1,172 bases of DNA, from sequence record OR846250.1; one strand, 5' to 3'. A program made the position numbers and the translations under genes. Numbering within the stretch: position 1 is the first letter of the stretch; each line of letters opens with the position of its first letter. Of this stretch, positions 1 through 1,172 are shown in pieces. This DNA comes from a phage. The notes below the pieces were generated by a model, which worked only from the letters and a program-made list of their open reading frames with translations, searched no databases and was not told the DNA's origin.

Positions 1-5
1 GCATT

Positions 6-29
6 AAAACCGCCCCATGAAGCGGGCGG
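6..29 (-). terminator. Terminator-like hairpin plus T-run overlapping the cos cleavage position (minus-strand sense)
   Basis: Plus 10-15 ccgccc pairs with 24-29 gggcgg (6-bp GC stem, 8-nt loop 16-23); on the minus strand the stem is followed by TTTT (plus 6-9 aaaa). The stem's 3' arm ends at position 29, the first base of the cohesive end. Could equally be a packaging-recognition structure; function uncertain. Confidence 0.3.
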
Positions 30-47
30 GCGAGGCGGGGAAAGCAC
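29..47. other. cos cohesive-end sequence (cosN) of a P2/P4-type phage: GGCGAGGCGGGGAAAGCAC
   Basis: Exact 19-mer ggcgaggcggggaaagcac read at 29-47. I recall this as the 19-nt 5'-protruding cohesive end shared by P2 and P4; recalled knowledge, not database-verified. Confidence 0.6.
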
Positions 48-189
48 TGCGCGCTGGCGGTGGTGCTGATTTTATTTTTTCAGCGCCTGAGCGCGTCGTG
101 ATGGCGTTTAGATTGTTCGCCGGGGCGTTGGTGTGTCTGTGGGATGTTTTGTGCGGTGGTGAGCGTGTGAGGGCGTGATGGCGGGTTGT
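48..189. promoter_or_regulatory. cos-flanking non-coding region, putative terminase recognition/binding region (cosB-like)
   Basis: No convincing ORF. Strong strand asymmetry (about 80% G+T on the + strand across roughly 108-190 by manual count). Exact 10-bp direct repeat cgtgatggcg at 97-106 and 174-183; exact 9-bp direct repeat gcggtggtg at 57-65 and 153-161. Function is inferred from position next to cos only. Confidence 0.3.
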
Positions 190-211
190 AAAAAAGCCGC
201 CCGCAGGCGGC
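190..211 (-). terminator. Rho-independent terminator immediately downstream of the portal gene
   Basis: Perfect 6-bp all-GC stem (plus 196-201 gccgcc pairs with 206-211 ggcggc) with 4-nt loop (202-205). On the minus strand this reads GCCGCC-TGCG-GGCGGC followed directly by TTTTTT (plus 190-195 aaaaaa). It begins 5 nt after the stop codon. Confidence 0.6.
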
Positions 212-216
212 GATGT

Positions 217-1172
217 TCAGCCGTTGTCAGTGTCCAGTGAGTAGTTTTTAAAGCGGATGACCTCCTGACCGAGCCAGCCGTTTATCTCGCGGATCCTGTC
301 CTGTAGCGGGATAAGCTCATTGCGGACAAAGACCTTTGCCACTTTCTCAATATCACCCAGCGACCCGACGTTCTCCGGCTTGCCGCCCATCAACTGAAAG
401 GGGATGCGGTGCGCGTCCAGCAGGTCAGCGGCGCTGGCTTTTTTGATATTAAAAAAATCGTCCTTCGTTGCCACTTCACTGAGCGGGATAATTTTAATGC
501 CGTCAGCTTTCCCCTGCGGGGCATAGAGAAACAGATTTTTAAAGTTGTTGCGGCCTTTTGACTTCACCATGTTTTCGCGAAGCATTTCGATATCGTTGCG
601 GTCCTGCACGGCATCGGTGACGTACATGATGTATCCGGCATGAGCGCCGTTTTCGTAATACTTGCGGCGGAACAGCGTGGCTGACTCATTCAGCCAGGCA
701 GAGTTAAGGGCGCTGAGATATTCCGGCAGGCCGTACAGCTCCTGATTAATATCCGGCTCCAGCAGGTGAAACACGGAGCCGGGCGCGAAGGCTGTCGGCT
801 CGTTGAAGGACGGCACCCACCAGTAAACATCCTCCTCCACGCCACGACGGGTATATTTGGCCGGTGAGGTTTCCAGTCTGATGACCTTACCGGTGGTGCT
901 GTAACGCTTTTCCAGAAACGCATTACCGAACACCAGAAAATCCAGCACAAAGCGGCTGAAATCCTGTTGCGAAAGCCACGGATGCGGGATAAATGTCGAG
1001 GCCAGAATATTGCGTTTAACGTAAATCGGTGAGCTGTGATGTACGGCAGCACGCAGGCTTTTTGCCAGACCGGTAAAGCTGACCGGTGGCTCATACCATC
1101 TGCCGTTACTGATGCACTCGACGTAATCCAGAATGTCACGGCGGTCGAGTACCGGCACCGGCTCACCAAAGG
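217..1172 (-). CDS. Q: Phage capsid portal protein, P2 gpQ-like (partial; N-terminus lies beyond the window's right edge)
   Basis: Single long open frame of 313 codons in the ORF track, with stop TGA at 217-219 (plus-strand tca). The frame stays open upstream of 1158 (codons read ...F G E P V P V L D...), and the codon at 1156-1158 is GTG, so the true start is outside the window. Product assignment rests on position and orientation next to the cos site plus my recognition of the protein as portal-like; not verified by alignment. P2 gpQ is about 344 aa from memory, consistent with roughly 25-30 missing N-terminal codons. Confidence 0.8.
   Translation of the reverse strand, partial: FGEPVPVLDRRDILDYVECISNGRWYEPPVSFTGLAKSLRAAVHHSSPIYVKRNILASTFIPHPWLSQQDFSRFVLDFLVFGNAFLEKRYSTTGKVIRLETSPAKYTRRGVEEDVYWWVPSFNEPTAFAPGSVFHLLEPDINQELYGLPEYLSALNSAWLNESATLFRRKYYENGAHAGYIMYVTDAVQDRNDIEMLRENMVKSKGRNNFKNLFLYAPQGKADGIKIIPLSEVATKDDFFNIKKASAADLLDAHRIPFQLMGGKPENVGSLGDIEKVAKVFVRNELIPLQDRIREINGWLGQEVIRFKNYSLDTDNG

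Larger units (their letters stand above)
1..1172. mobile_element. Segment of a P2-like temperate phage/prophage genome spanning the cos junction (right-end sequence 1-28, cos at 29-47, left-end packaging region and portal gene)
   Basis: Recalled P2/P4 cohesive-end sequence at 29-47, followed in the expected arrangement by a leftward-transcribed portal-like gene whose stop lies about 170 bp from cos, as in P2 where Q is the first gene inward from the left end. Contiguity across cos implies a circular, concatemeric or integrated form rather than a linear virion end. Confidence 0.7.

Noticed and set aside
101-178. 25-codon plus-strand ORF (MAFRLFAGALVCLWDVLCGGERVRA) in the cos-flanking region
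   Set aside because: No recognisable Shine-Dalgarno sequence upstream. The hydrophobic composition is a direct consequence of the G+T-rich strand skew (F, L, V, C, W, G codons). The region is better explained as a packaging-recognition sequence.
178-240. 20-codon plus-strand ORF starting at ATG 178-180 and running through the terminator hairpin into the end of the portal gene
   Set aside because: Overlaps the terminator stem and the 3' end of the portal CDS on the opposite strand; no ribosome-binding site; too short and arginine-rich from reading GC hairpin sequence.
439-457. Homopolymer runs inside the portal CDS (T6 at 439-444, A7 at 451-457) as possible frameshift or pseudogene sites
   Set aside because: The reading frame is continuous across both runs (minus-strand translation ...DDFFNIKKAS...), so there is no evidence of a frameshift or disruption.
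690-1169. 159-aa minus-strand ORF in an alternative frame, entirely inside the portal gene
   Set aside because: Wholly embedded in the longer portal ORF on the same strand in a different frame. The translation is rich in R, C, W and S and low-complexity, typical of off-frame reading of GC-rich coding DNA. No independent start context.
1-1172. A novel defence or other accessory system encoded within this window
   Set aside because: All coding capacity is accounted for by one conserved structural gene, and the remainder is cos and terminator DNA. There is no unexplained ORF space, CRISPR-like repeat array, tRNA-like or structured-RNA candidate of sufficient length.

Overview
This window looks like the left end of a P2-like (Peduovirus-type) temperate phage or prophage genome. 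Positions 29-47 read GGCGAGGCGGGGAAAGCAC, which I recognise from memory as the 19-nt cohesive end (cos) of P2 and P4; I could not confirm this by alignment. Downstream is a ~140-bp non-coding stretch that is strongly G+T-rich on the + strand and contains short direct repeats, then a GC hairpin plus T-run terminator, then a minus-strand gene (217 to the window edge at 1172) that I call the capsid portal protein (gpQ-like). The gene is 5'-truncated by the window: the frame is still open at 1172, and the ORF-track start at 1158 is an internal GTG codon. I see no unexplained coding capacity, so there is no evidence for a novel system inside the window itself. The most useful lead is positional: positions 1-28 are the edge of the cos-proximal region where P2 carries old/tin, a known variable cargo locus, so anything novel would lie just beyond the left boundary.
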